Origin: the human T2T-CHM13v2.0 reference genome, Homo sapiens | Length of the DNA: 64,000 bases | NCBI RefSeq assembly: GCF_009914755.1 | Contig: NC_060927.1 | Reading direction: 5' to 3' (one strand) | In this document: positions 41,915-56,310 of the stretch, piece after piece | How the letters are laid out: every line of letters begins with the position of its first letter | How positions within the stretch are numbered: position 1 is the first letter of the stretch | Notes under the pieces: model-generated | The model's input: only the letters and a program-made list of their open reading frames with translations | The model's database searches: none | Told to the model about the DNA's origin: nothing | Made by a program: the position numbers and the translations under genes

Positions 41915-42795
41915 TTCACAAACCTGGCTGCATATTAAAATTACCTGGTAACTTTCAGAAAATACCAATACTAAAGCCGATGAAACAGGACAGTTCGCAG
42001 AACTAGCAAAGGGGTTGTCTTATTTACTCAGCTTGCAGCTCTCAACCCCTTGTGGGAGGGGGAGCATGCAGATGAGTGGGTGCAGAGGCCAAGACAAGCT
42101 GCTTCTGGGCAACTGGCAGGAGCAGAACTTTGCGCGGCCCTGCAGCAGCATCTAGGGGTTGCCTGTGACCCCTGGAGCCCCAGAGGGTGTGTGTTACAGT
42201 GTGCTCTTTTGGCTTTGCCATCCGTGGATGGCTTAAGTATTAAACAGCTCAGTGGAGGGTCAGTGTGACAGCCTCTTGCATCTGCACTGGGGCCCTTGTC
42301 CCGCATCCAGGAAAAATCAGGTTGCGTGAATGAATTGAAGGGTGTTGAATATGGAGGATTTTATTGAGTGGTGGGAGTGGCTCTCAGTGGGGTGAAGAGC
42401 TGAAAAGGGGATGGAATGGAAAGGTGGTCTTCCCCGGGAGTTCAGCCATCCCCGGCCAAACTCTCCTCTGAAGCACTGACATCAAGCCGTCCCTCTGAAG
42501 TCAAGGGGCTTCTCTCCAATATCCAGCTGTTTATTCTCTTCTCTCCTTTTCTGCCACTCTGCTGCTCCACTAGTGGGATCTGGGGTTTTTATGGGGCCAG
42601 GGTGGTTTTGGAAAAGGCAACATTTGGACACGAAAACAGGAATGCAAGTTCTTACTTTGGGCCGCTGGTCTAAGCTTGAGGGTGTGGCCCTCACCAGGGA
42701 CCACCCTCTTCTACCCAGTATTTCCCTGCCTCCTGTTCATCTCACCACCATACCAGGCTGACTAAATCGGAATCTCTCAAGGTAAAAACCTGGCA
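41915..42795. mobile_element. MER5A-like hAT element split by LTR1
   Basis: ggctgcatattaaaattacctgg...aataccaatac [LTR1] ccaggctgactaaatcggaatctct. Confidence 0.55.
41981..42744 (-). mobile_element. LTR1-family ERV1 solo LTR
   Basis: Reverse complement starts TGAGATGAACAGGAGGCAGGGAAATACTGGGTAGAAGAGGG; GC-rich body. Confidence 0.8.
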
Positions 42796-42819
42796 GAATA
42801 GCTTGAGAAACAAAGTTCT

Positions 42820-43620
42820 ACATTCTTGTCACTATCTCCTCATTTCTATCCATGCACTCCTCATTTAACTGCAATCTGGCTTCATTACTCCACTGAAACT
42901 TTTCTATTCAAAGTTATACTTTTAAATTGCCAAACACAAAAAGTATCCTGTGCATTAAATACACAGTGTAAATCATTCTTGAAATTCTCAGCATCCCATC
43001 CACAAGAATTCAGCTACCCTTTGAGTATTTGTAATTCTAAAATGTACAGCTCTAACTCAATTCTCTCTCTGGGCATTAGATAAAATATTCATTTATTTAA
43101 TAAACATTTACTTAGCATTTACTATTTGCTCAATATCCCATAGGCTTCTTAGACTCTAAGAATTCATACATTAATTAGTTTTCTTCTCTTTTCCCCCTTT
43201 TACTACTTACCTCCCCAAACACAAAACAAATAACTTTTAAATAAAGCAACATAGCACAGTCTGTCTTTTAAGACATAAACATAGGAGTAATTTTTCTTGG
43301 TTTCTTTCTTTGTCTTACTTCCAGATCCATTAAATTATTACATCAAATTCAATCTCACTTGCTGGAATCTCCCTAATTATATTTATTTATTTATTTATTT
43401 TTGCCTATTTTCATTGCCACGCACACACACACAAAATCCAGGTGCTCACAATGCTTTTCTTGGATTTTCCCAACTATTTTCTCACTAATTTCCTTAGGCT
43501 TGATATCCATCTAGTTATTCTTTCTAAACACCGTCGCTACTTTGAACTCTTTAAAATAATAGTTGGATAACATTATTTCCCTGCTTAAAGTCTCTCATTG
43601 CCTTGAGGAGCATTTCCCAG
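42820..43620 (-). mobile_element. L2 fragments
   Basis: ctgcaatctggcttc...ccactgaaact; ccctgcttaaa motifs. Confidence 0.5.
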
Positions 43621-44372
43621 ATTTCTTGGTGGAACACATTAAGGTGTTAATGTGTTTAATTTTTTACAAAGATTGATATCAACAATGTTATTTTATTCTG
43701 ATATCCAGGAAATTATATTTGTTAGACAACTACTATTATCATGCTAAATATGATTTTAGGAAATGGAGAACCCTAGGGAATTGCATGGAAATTGTTTTAG
43801 GTGTAAATATATATGCCCAATCTGTGATTAATGGCAGATTCAATGTTTCATTAATTGTCTATATAGAATTGCCTATTTGATTATATGCTTATAATACATA
43901 TCTTAATATTACAAAAATATTTTGATATTAGTTTCATTGTGCATAAAAGCATGTTTATTATTTATCAGAGCAAGTAATTTGTTCCAATGACCATTTTGCT
44001 GTTGTTGCTTTTTACTGTAATATTGTCCCATACGCTGTTTTTTTCCAACATGTTACGATTTTTAAAATATTAAAATACTTCCATGATCAACTCAGTTTTA
44101 CACTGTTGTCTTACCATATGGAATCCAAAGACTCTTCATTCTTTGTTTGCCTTCCTGTATAGCTAGATTTCTCACAGTTTCCATTCTCTCATATCTCTCT
44201 ATTTTTTTTTTTTTGGCACATGACATTCTCTCTATTATTGAGTACTCTGATTCTTTGAGTTTAGTTTGGATATACAGTGAGCTGCCTATGCTCGTGTCTC
44301 TTTACACCACTCTACTATTATTTCTGTTGCTTACAGCAGATAGCTAATATTGAAAATTTGATGAGCTCTGGT

Positions 44373-44728
44373 TGCAATAGACTAAATGTTTGTGTTCCCT
44401 CTAAACTCATTTATTGAAATCTTAACCCCCAGTGTGATGATATTAGGAGGTGGTGCCTTTGAGAGGTAATTAGGAGGATGGAGCCCTCATGGGATTAGTG
44501 CCTTTATAAAAGGGACCTCAGAGAGTCCTATCACTTTCTTTCTGCCACATGAGGATACAATGAAAAGAAGCTGTCTGCAATCCAGAGGAAGGCCTGTACT
44601 AGAACCTGACCATGCTCTCATCTTGATCTCAGACTTCCAGCTTCCAGAGCTATAAAAAATAAATTTCTGTTGTGTATAAGCTACACGGTCAATGTACTTT
44701 GCAACAACAGTTTTAACTGACTAAAGTA
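44373..44728 (+). mobile_element. MLT1A0-like MaLR LTR
   Basis: gactaaatgtttgtgttccc...gacttccagcttccagag...aataaatttctgttg. Confidence 0.85.
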
Positions 44729-44839
44729 TTGGCTAAGTTAATATATTATATTGATTAGTATTTGACCACAATTCAAACTTGAAAAAGCATATTTATTTAG
44801 TTTTTTAAAATGAATTATACCATAAATTATTGGACATGG

Positions 44840-44841
<2 letters not shown>

Positions 44842-44870
<29 letters not shown>
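44842..44870. repeat. (TA)n microsatellite
   Basis: Pure TA run. Confidence 0.95.
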
Positions 44871-44874
<4 letters not shown>

Positions 44875-45866
44875 TTTGTTAGTTTATGACAAAATAGGCA
44901 AAAACCAAACAACGAAGAAACCAACAGCATATTAACAAAACAAAAATATAGGCTTTTATTTCCAATAACTTATTATTCTCGAAAACATCAAGTATAAACT
45001 GAAAACACTCATTGTATCAGAGAAACAGCCATTAGGAGATTGACTTATTCTTTTTTAAAAAAGGCTTAAACAATTATGGAGACTGATAACTCCCAAAATG
45101 TGCAGACCCAGGAAAGCCAATGTGTATAGTCCAAGTTTAAAGGCCTGAGAATGAAGAGAGCAGATGCTGTCAGTTCTAGTCCAAAAGCAGGAAAGCTCAG
45201 TCCTCCAAAAGAGCTGATGTTTCAGTCTGAGACCACAGGCCGGAAAAGACCAAAAGCTCAACATGTCAGGCAGGAGAAGTTCCCTTACTTGGGCTTTTTG
45301 TTCCATTCAGGTCTTCCACTGATTGGGTAAGGCCCGCCTTTATTAGGAAGGGCAATCTGCCCTACTCAGTCTACCAATTCAAACATCAATCCCGTTTGGA
45401 AACACCCTCACAGACATACCCAAGATAATGTTTGGCCTAATGCCTGGTCACCCCATGGCCCAGTCAAGTTGATGCATAAATTAATTGTCACAAGTCTACC
45501 CCTTGTCAACTTGGCATACACATACCTCTCTTTAAACCATACTTAAGCTCCAAATAAAGGAAATTAGAAGGTAATTATTCCATTTCACATGGTACAACCG
45601 TGCTGTATATAATTGAAAACTCACTAACACCCTACCCAGAAGAGAAAGTAAAGTCCTTCAGTGATCTTTACTCTTCTTTTTAATATCTCATAACTTCAAT
45701 AGTATCATGTAAAATGTACAGTACTTAAATACCAGAATATAAAGTCACATCTTATGTCACATGATAAGGGAATAAAAGAGGGAAGAAAAAATGTATTTGC
45801 CTTATACATACACACATATACACACACACAAAAACCTATTAAATACAAAATAAGTAGAAAATACTT

Positions 45867-46206
<340 letters not shown>

Positions 46207-46480
46207 TCACATGGTTGTAGCTAACATTTAAACCTACCATCTTCCATTACCAATTTTTAATTCCCTTTGCCTTCAGTAAGCACTGCAGTTGGTTGTGGTT
46301 CTTTACCTGGTAGGGTGACTCAAACACTCATTCCTGAGGAGTCTGAACTATTAGTAGAACTATGTGGGTTGGTTCATTGTAGTTGTCCACTGACCTTAAT
46401 TACAGGACATGGTAATACTAAGGGACACCCTATGGGGTCTCCTGTATTTCAAACATTCTCTTCCTTATCTCTACTATGGA

Positions 46481-46618
46481 GAGGTAATCAATTTCTCCTT
46501 GGTAGTTAGAATCAACTAGCTAAGGTAACACAAAAATTCCTTTCTCTGTCTTATAATTCAGAGGCATGAGGAGCTTAAAATGGCTGGGTGACAGTCTTAA
46601 CTTCCAGTCATATGGAAT
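46481..46618 (-). pseudogene. ERV-L dUTPase relic
   Basis: IPYDWKLRLSPSHFKLLMPL...GIFVLP*LVDSNYQGEI resembles ERV-L dUTPase (GVIDPDYQGEI-type motif). Confidence 0.8.
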
Positions 46619-46699
46619 CATTGTTTGATATTCTGTTGGAAGCATTCACCTCTCTGGAACTAAGATTTCTAAGCCTGCAGAACATAAGGTCACTGGAAT

Positions 46700-49520
46700 A
46701 GGAAGCAATAATTTTTCTAGTGGATCACTAGGTGTAATAGTGAGTGGCACTACTTTTATTTCCACTCTTCAATTTCTGGATCCATGAATCCTGGTTATGG
46801 AGGATACAGGACAATATACTGGGTGCTAATTCAGAGCACATTCAGCTTTTTAAAAAATCTTGCCTTAGCCCTGCAAGGTTTTACCCCCAGCTGACATTGT
46901 GAGTCTTCAAAAGGCCATTCTATCGTTCTATCAGAATGGTTGCTTCAGGATGGTGGGGAACATGGTAAGACCAGTTGAATTCCATAAGCCTAAGCCCATT
47001 GCTTCACTTGTTTTGTTGTGCTGTGAGTTCCTAGATCAGAAACAAATGTACGGAATACTATGGTGGTGCATAAGGCACTCTGTAAGTCCAAGGATGGTGG
47101 TTCTCATAGAAGCATTGTATACAAGGAAGGCGAATCCATATTCAGATAAAATGGCTATTCCAGTAAAAACAAAATGTTGGACCTGGCTGGGCACAGTGGT
47201 TCATGCCTGTAATCCTAGCATTTTTGGAGGCTGAGGCAGGTGGATCACTTGAGACCAGTCTCAGCAACATGGCAAAACCCTGTCTCTATGAAAGTTACAA
47301 GAATTAGCAGGGCATAGTGGCATGCACCTGTAGTTCCCACTACTCAGGAGGCTGAGAGGCAGGAGGACCAGTTGAGCCCAAGAGGTCCAGGCTGCAGTGA
47401 GCTGTGTTCGCACCACTGCATTCAAATCTGGACAACAGAGCACTACTCTGTCTCAAAAAAAAAAAAAAAAAATTGGACTTTCCAAGATGGAAGCAGTTCA
47501 ATGTAATTGGCCTGCAACCAGGGTAGCTTGCTCATTACCCTTGGAGAATAGAACCACATTGAAGATTTAGTGTTTGTCTCTGTTGTTGGCACATTGGGTA
47601 CTCAGGAGTGGTTGTAGTCAAGTCAGTGTTGGTGAGCGGAACTTGAGTGTAGTCAAGTCAGTGTTGCTGAGCCCAGCATAATTTCCATTCCTGCCACCAC
47701 AACCACTTTGTTTATGAGCTCACTGGGAGATGACAGGAGTGGCTGAGGAGAGGCGTTGACTGATATCCACAGAAGAGATTATCCATCCAGTTGATTATTA
47801 AAATCCCCCTCTGCACAATTCATCCTTTGGTAAGCATTCACATGGCATACAAATATCGGTATCTTTCTGTTTATTCAGAGAGGTCCATTTACATATCTAT
47901 TCTCAAAATTACCTTGTCATCAATTTTTCTAATCATGGTCCCTCCAAATCCCTGATCATCCAGCCATATCATTGGTCACAGATCATGAATTGGTATATAA
48001 TCACGTGTCCAGCCATTTCTCCTTTCAAGCAATGTGAACAACCAGGTGCATTGCTTGAAGTTCTGCCCACTGGGAGGATTTCCCTTTATTGCTGACCTTC
48101 AGATATATCCCAGAAAGGAGCTATAGTGCTGCAGCTGTCCACTTTTGGTGGTGCCTGCATATTGTGCAGAACCATCTATAAGCCAGGCCTGAGTTGTCTC
48201 TTCCTTTATCAACTGATTATAGGTAATTTCTCACGAGGCCATAGCTGCAGGCGGAGAGAAACAAGGCAACGCAGTAGCAGCAGGAACCATAGCTATTTGG
48301 GCCACTTCTTCAGGGAATTTACTTGTGCTTTTAGGGCCTCTCTAGTCCAGTCACAGATCTCTTCCATTTAATGATGAAATGCTGCTGTGCATACCCAACT
48401 TTATGACTAGGTGGGCCAGACAATACCCGTTTAATGATGAGCAACTCAGGTCACATGTTAACTTGGTGGCCCATGGTTAAGTGTTTAGTCTCTACTAAGG
48501 CCCAGCAGCAGGCCAAGAGCTGTTTCTTAAAAGGGAAGTAGTTATCAGTAGAAGATGGCAAGGTTTTGTTCCAAAATCCCAAGAGACTAGGTTATGATTC
48601 ATCTATGGGGGCTCCAAATAGCATCTCTGTCTTCCACTGACACTTTAGAACTTACGGAACATCTAGTCCAAGTTGCAGAGCAGTTTACATGGAAGCATGG
48701 ACCTGATAAACAGATGGTTTTTGTTCTGGGGCCCACTCAAAGCTACTAGCTTTTCAGGTAACTCAGCATATGGGTGAGAGTAACACACCCAAATGAGGAA
48801 TATGTTGCCTTCCAAAGCAAAAAGGCCCAATAGGCATTGTGTTCCATTTGATTGTAGAACGGGTTATTTTTTATCTTAAGAAGAATATCTCTACATGTCC
48901 CATATTACTAGACCCTTACAAATTTCACTGAGGTAGAAGGCCCCTGAATTTTTGTTGGATATATTTTTCTACACTCTTGCACATATCCTACTAGTAAATC
49001 TAAAGTGATTGCTACTTTGTGTCCGCTAGGGAGATAAGCATAATATAATCAGTGTAGCAGACATTTTATAACGTGATATCTTGTGGAAAGGAAAGACAAT
49101 CAATCAAGATCCATGAAAACTAAATCACGACACAGGGCTGGAAAGTAGAGATGCCCCTGGGGTAGGATAGTGAAGGTGCATTGCTGGCCTTGCCAGCTTA
49201 AGGGTAAACTGTTTCTAGTGAACCTTATTGATAGGTATGGGGGAAAAAAGGCATTTTCCAGATTAATAGCTGCATACCAGATACCACGGAGTGTGGAAAT
49301 TTGCTCAATCAATGAAATCACATCTGGTACAGCAGCTGCAGTTGGGATCACCACCTAGTAAAGCTTGAAATAATATTTTTGTAATTCTCCAATCTCTCTC
49401 TGTCTTCTATGTAGTCCAAATAGATGAGTTGAATGGACTGTGGTGGGAATCACCACCCCTGCATCTTTTAAGTCTTTGTTGGTGGCACTAATCTCTGTAA
49501 TCCTCCCTAGAGTACAGTAT
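46700..49520 (-). pseudogene. pol: ERV-L pol relic (RT/RNase H/IN)
   Basis: PTAAAVPDVISLIEQI...WYAAINLENAFF...FTILPQGH; many stops and frameshifts. Confidence 0.85.
47185..47472 (+). mobile_element. AluJ within ERV-L
   Basis: Diverged dimer (gagcccaagaggtccaggctgcagtgagc) with A tail. Confidence 0.9.
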
Positions 49521-49599
49521 TATTTTTGGTTTAGCATGTTTCAACATAGCGACAGTTCTATTGGCTTCTACTTGGCCTTTCCCACCAGAATGGACATCA

Positions 49600-49870
49600 C
49601 TGGGAAAAGGAATGTGGAGACTCTGCCAGCTGATGAGCATATCTATTCCAATTATGCATTTCAGAACTTAGAAAATAACCATAGAATAGGGCCAGGGACC
49701 CACTGGACTCACTGACATGGACCTGAACTAAAACTCTATTGATCATCTGGCCTCTATCAGCTGCTACTCTGACTAATGGATCACCATGACATTTTGTGTC
49801 TCTTGCAATTAGTGTTAGTTCAGTGCCGGTGTCCAGTAGTCAATGAAAAGTCTGATTATCCCTTTCCTCT
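49600..49870 (-). pseudogene. pro: ERV-L protease relic
   Basis: LLDTGTELTLI at 49804-49839. Confidence 0.8.
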
Positions 49871-49941
49871 GATGCAAAGTTATCCTGGTAGAAGGCTCTG
49901 TGCTGCTTTGGGGGATGCTAGGACAAAGAGTAACAGTATAA

Positions 49942-50280
<339 letters not shown>

Positions 50281-50402
50281 TACCTCCCTTTCATATAAGG
50301 GTTTCTGGGTCTGTAAGCTGGTTCAAGTGTTAGAATTGATTGAAGGGCTGTAATTCTCCATTTGTATTATTCAAGTTAGCCTTTCATTCACTTGACCTAG
50401 AC

Positions 50403-50734
50403 TTTTTCTTTTTGTTTTCTTTTCTTTTTTCTTTTCTCTTCTTTTTTATTTTTGAGATGAAGTCTCACTCTGTCACCCAAGCTGGGGTGCAGTGGCATGA
50501 TCTCAGCTCACCGCAACCTCTGCTTCCCAGGTTTAGCAATTCTCCTGCCTCAGCCTCCCAAGTAGCTGAGACTACAGGTGCCTGCCACCACACCTGGCTA
50601 AGTTATATATTTTTAGTAGAGACTAGGTTTTGCAATGTTGGCCAGGCTGGTCTTGAACTCCTGACCTCAAATGATCAAACAGCCTTGGCCTCCCAAAGTG
50701 CTGAGATTATAGGTGTGTTCCACCGCACCTGGCC
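50403..50734 (-). mobile_element. AluS within ERV-L
   Basis: TSD tgac(c/t)tagac. Confidence 0.93.
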
Positions 50735-53599
50735 TGACTTAGACATTTTCTATTTTTACAGACCAAGTAAGAATTTAGTAGGCTTTCTATTGATTTTACT
50801 GCCAGGAACACTGTGATCACTAGCCAGTGCCAGACCTTTGAGAATCAGATGATTCTGATTACTGGTTTGACAATTATGGTTACCAAGCTTACCTTACCTA
50901 TAGCAGTTGAGTGACATCACTTTGCCTCAGACATAACAGGATCCAATCTCATCCATTGCATTTAGGTTTCCTACTTCCATTGCCACAGTTCCGTGTAAGG
51001 CCTGATCCACAGAGAAGAGTAATCGCAGAGCTCCTCTAGGATGCTAGCATTCCCTTCACAAATTTATTTCTCACAGTCATGAAAAGTGTGTCTTCTGGAC
51101 TTTCTCAGGATGAGTGAGGAGGTTTTAAATGGGTCTAACATTTCAATCTCTCTAAAACTTTGAATTCCTTTCTCCACCTTAAAAAAAAGATAGGTCCAAC
51201 ATTTGTAACTTCCTCTTATGCGCTATCTTCTTGTCCAAGTTTCAGCAAACCAACCAAACAAACCATTATGGCCCTTTCTAACTCTTCACACTGCAACATT
51301 AAATGAAGAATATCTGCTTAATAAGCCCATATCAACGAATTCAGCCTGATCCAACTTTGTGTTTTTTCCACCATTTTCCCATATGCCTAATGTCCTTTCT
51401 CAGACCATGTTCCCCAGATTTTTGTCTGTATAAATTAAAAATTTCATATAGCTCTTTTGTAATGTAGCACACTTCCTCTTTGTTCACACTTAGTACCTCA
51501 CCTTTAGGATCCTGCTGGGTCTTGAATCTATCATAGGTCTAGATGCAAAGGGGGCTGGTCATGTAGGTCCTGAGCAGAATCAGCATTGTCTTGAAAGGCA
51601 ACTGCTTCAGGAGAGGCCATTCCAATTTCTTCAGGCAATGTAAGGTTAATCTCCCTCAAACAGGAGTGGAAAAACCATTTCCACTGAGCCTGTAGAGGCT
51701 GCTTTCACTGGCAAAATCAACTCATCAAAATTTAGGGCTTCACTATCCCCATCTTCATCAGTGACTTCCCACACATCCCCATTTCAACTTTAACATCTCA
51801 TTTTTTTTCCAATCAATGCCCTCATTTGAACAGTGAGCACCCTGTGAGGCTGAGAGTTCAACTTGTACTATAATTCAGCCACTCAGAGGATAAGACTTTA
51901 GGTGCGTTTTCAGCAATCGCAGTCCTGTGGCTATAAAGAAATAAGTTTTGGGGCACACAAAAAAGCTTTCAGTTCTTTTATATGGCTCCCTAGCTGGGAA
52001 TTCAGATCCCTGACCTTATCTATTTCTTTCCCCGCTTTGTCCAATGACATTAGAACAACCAGCCAACCCATTCTACTCATTAGTTTGATAAAAGTATTGA
52101 GGATATCATATACATAGTCACCCAGGTCTTTGCTTCTCATAGGTGTTTGATTAGGAATATCCAGTGGTGACATTTTGCAAGTCTCTCTTGCCAGATCATG
52201 CCATGGACTTTCAGTGCTTTACTACTAGAAATGGATTATTTTAATCTAATCAGATTAGAGAACCAGTTCAAAAAACCACAGAACCAATTCACAACACTTA
52301 TTTTTAAAATGTTGTTCCTCTAGCTTCACTCATGGTACCAAAATCTATCGTCAATTAGCACACATTATTATCGAGGATGAGAAGTGTCAAGATGTGAAGT
52401 TGGCAAGCTAGAGATCCAGGAGAACTGATTCCCAATGTCAGAGAACCAGGAGAGCAGATGATGTAAATTTCAGTTCAAAACCTGGGAGGTGGTAGAGTTA
52501 AAAAGGACTAATGTTTCAGTCTGAGTCCAAAGACCAGAAAGAGCAATGTCCCAAGTCATACAGTCAGGCAGAAAACGTTCCCTCATGCTCAGCCTGTTGT
52601 TTTATTCGGGTCCTCAACTGATAGGATGAAGCCCATCCGCATTATGGAGGACAATCTGCTTTACTGTCTACCAATTCAAACGTTCATCTCATCTAGAAAC
52701 ATTCTCACAGACGAACCCAGAATCATTTGTGGCCAAATGTTTGGTGGCCCAGTCAAGATGACACATATAATTCATCATCATAGTCATTTTTAGAGAGGAG
52801 CTGAATAATAATAAAGGAAAAACAAAAAATAAAGTAAATTAACTTTAAATAAAGTAAATTAACAAAATACTATTTTACATTTGGAAAAAAAACCCACTTA
52901 ATAATTTAGCTACTTGAAAATTTACCCAAGATGAATTAATCTCAGTTTTGAGAAATCTCTATTAGTAGTTTTTGCTTTAATATTAATATGCTGAAATATT
53001 AATTATATCTAATTGATCTTATTTTTAAACATCTAAGTTCTGACTAGAGGTGGTGAAAATCTCTATACAATATTATGTATTTGTTTATTGCTTGAGTTTC
53101 TATGAACATTTCCAAATATCAGCTTTTTACACATTCTAAACAACAAAAGAAACTCAAATGTGGCCATACGAGTTAAAGGTTGTTAGGAGCACACAGTGGG
53201 TGGCATGTGCCTGGTAAAATTCCAGACTTCATTCCTAGACTAAACACTTGAACATAAACTGTGTTGTATTAATTCATTTTATAGAACTTCTCTCTGCAAG
53301 ACGTGACTTGAAGGGGTGTGTGTATGTGTGTGTGTGTGTTTATTGGCTGAATATCATTCTGAACTTCATGGGGACAGAGGTCCTGTTTCTTTTGTTCATT
53401 ATCATATATCAGGCACCTGGCACTGTCGCTGGCAGGAGAAAGGAACTCTGCAAATATTTGTTGAATGACCGAATGAATAAAGATGAATTATGCATTTTCT
53501 AGGTGTTCTTCTATTTTCTACCCAAGAGCAAAATTTGTAGGCCAGTTACAGCACATCTAACTGTAATTCTTTTTTGCCATTTAGAAAAACAAAGGGCAG

Positions 53600-53664
53600 G
53601 CCAAGATTGAGCCATTGCACTCCAGCCTGCGCGACAGAGCGAGACTCCATCTCAAAAAAAAAAA
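53600..53664 (+). mobile_element. Severely 5'-truncated Alu (last ~55 nt plus tail)
   Basis: gccaagatt...gcgacagagcgagactccatctc-A tail; 18-bp TSD agaaaaa(c/g)aaagggcagg. Confidence 0.9.
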
Positions 53665-53930
53665 GAAAAAGAAAGGGCAGGCTCAAAGCCTTTTGAGTTA
53701 GAATTTAGGCTGGTTTGTCCCTCATTGTTAAAATTCTATGGGTAAGTTTTGCACATAAATTAATATAATAGAAGATATAAGAACAAGAGTAGAGCAATCA
53801 AAAGATATAAACATGCAAAGGACAGAGTTAATAGATTCTATGTCTCCAAAATTGTATTATGATTATTTTACATGTTCTAAGGAGTGACTTGTTTTATAAT
53901 CTGACTGAATACAGGGTAGAGCTACCACCA

Positions 53931-54400
53931 TGTTTGTTTGTTTGTGTTTTGAGACAGGTTCTCACTCTGTCACCCAGGCTGGAGTGCTGTGGTATGAACA
54001 GGACTCACTGAAGCTTTGACCTCCTGGGCCCAAGCAATGCTCCCACTGCAAGCTCCTGAGCAGCTGGGACTACAGGCCTGTGCCACCATGCCCAGCTAAT
54101 TAAAAAAGAAAGAAAGCCTGGGCGCGGTGGCTCATGCCTGTAATCCCAGCACTTTTGGAGGCTGAGGCGGGTGCATCATGAGATCAGGAGATCGAGACCA
54201 GCCTGGCCAATATGGTTAAACCCCGTCTCTACTGAAAATACAAAAATTAGCCAGGCAAGGTGGCAGTCGCCTGCAGTCCCAGCTACTCGGGAGGCTGAGA
54301 CAGGAGAATAGCTTAGCTTATACCTGGGAGGTGGAGGTTACAGTGAGCCGAAATCATTCCACTGCACTCCAGCCTGGGTGACAGAGCGAGACTCCGTCTC

Positions 54401-54431
<31 letters not shown>

Positions 54432-54562
54432 AAGAAAATAATTCTAGAGATGGGGTCTCTCTGTGTTGGCCAGGGTGGTCTTGAACTCCTCAGCTCAAGC
54501 AATCCTCCTGCCTCAGCCTCCCAAAGTGCTGAGATTAGAGGTGTGAGCCACCACACCCATCC
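53931..54562 (-). mobile_element. AluJ split by an inserted Alu
   Basis: Right arm 53931-54100 and left arm 54445-54562. Confidence 0.9.
54116..54437 (+). mobile_element. AluS (Sc/Sg-like) nested in the AluJ linker
   Basis: TSD aaaaaagaaagaaa; opposite orientation to the host Alu. Confidence 0.93.
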
Positions 54563-55090
54563 TACTATCATTTATATTTGCTTTTCTGTTATCTAGGAAC
54601 AAATATGCTACAGCATAAATTGACTAGCAATAAAATTCTTCTCATTCTCTAATAACTAGTTTCACTTTTATTTTTAATTGTATATATACACTAACACTAA
54701 AAATTTCAAAAGTAGTTTACAGAATCTTATGGGATGAACTATCTTACATAAATTATAAAAATTATACCAGGAGGAAGCCAACAGTGACCAAACATAGCAC
54801 TAGTATTTAGGCAATCTGTATTACAAACCCTTTTCAGCTGGATGAGCATAGTCAATTTTCTTGCATTACCCGGCTTTTTCCATCTTAATGTGGGGTAATG
54901 AAAGCACTTTGTAAACTGAAAAAATGTATATAAATGAAAATTATCATTACTGGTCATAAAAACTGATTGCTGTGTAAAATTTTAATTTGGAAATATTCAT
55001 TTTCTAAATAAAGCAGTAGGATGGAGAAAAATTTCAGAGAGCAATGTAGCAAAAAGTCATTTTGAAAATTTTATGTTTATAGAAAATTCA

Positions 55091-55476
<386 letters not shown>

Positions 55477-55919
55477 TTATGGAGTATTTCTCCCTTTTAA
55501 CAGAAATGCAAATAATGGTAGCACTGCTACTATAATAAACTAGATTACAAAACAAATTTTAATCGCATATAGAATAGTGCAGGAATGATGCAACAGAGAG
55601 GCAAAGTCACGCCTTCTCTGCATTTTCATAGAGCATTGCTTAACTCTCTAATTGCTCTTAGAATGTGTCATTGTTTTCATTTTATGGCAACTATTGTGAG
55701 AGCTAATCTTTTACTATATGTATTAGCGACTGGAGTTAGGCAAGTATCTGAACATAATGTAGAAAAACATAAGAATGTCTTCAGAATTAACCAGGAAAAG
55801 ATAAGTGGTTATCCTTATCAAAACCTTAATCAAGGAGTATTATGTTCCTAGTACATTATATCTTTAGTGCACAAAATAACAACCGTTGTTCTTTAGTGCC
55901 CACACATAATTAGTTATTT

Positions 55920-56310
55920 CCTTTTCTGATATGCCAAGCAAGGTGACTTAGCTCGAAGGGTCACCTTCCATTCAAAAGCCGTCTTGGCTACATGTTTGCT
56001 AAAGCGATTAACTTATAACAAACAAAGGCTCTGCTTTTGTAAAAGTGTACAAAGCCTTGAAAGAGCTTTCAGTTTTGGACAGTCACAATTGAGTTATTTG
56101 TAGAGGTATAAACATTCATCAAAGACCACCCATCTCTATCATAGCACAAGGCCAACCAGTTTAATGGTTGTTAAATCTGTGTAGCAAGAATGTGATTAGC
56201 AGCTCTTGTGATAGCGCTTCTTTATTGTTTGCCAAATATGTGCTCAGAATTAAACAGGATGATAATTTAGATATGAGATTCTGATAAACAGGATGTGACT
56301 GAGGCACTTT
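55920..56310. promoter_or_regulatory. Candidate enhancer (TCF/GLI, FOX:ETS, GATA cluster)
   Basis: ATCAAAGACCACCCA; TAAACAGGATG twice; GATAA twice; in unique DNA. Confidence 0.45.
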
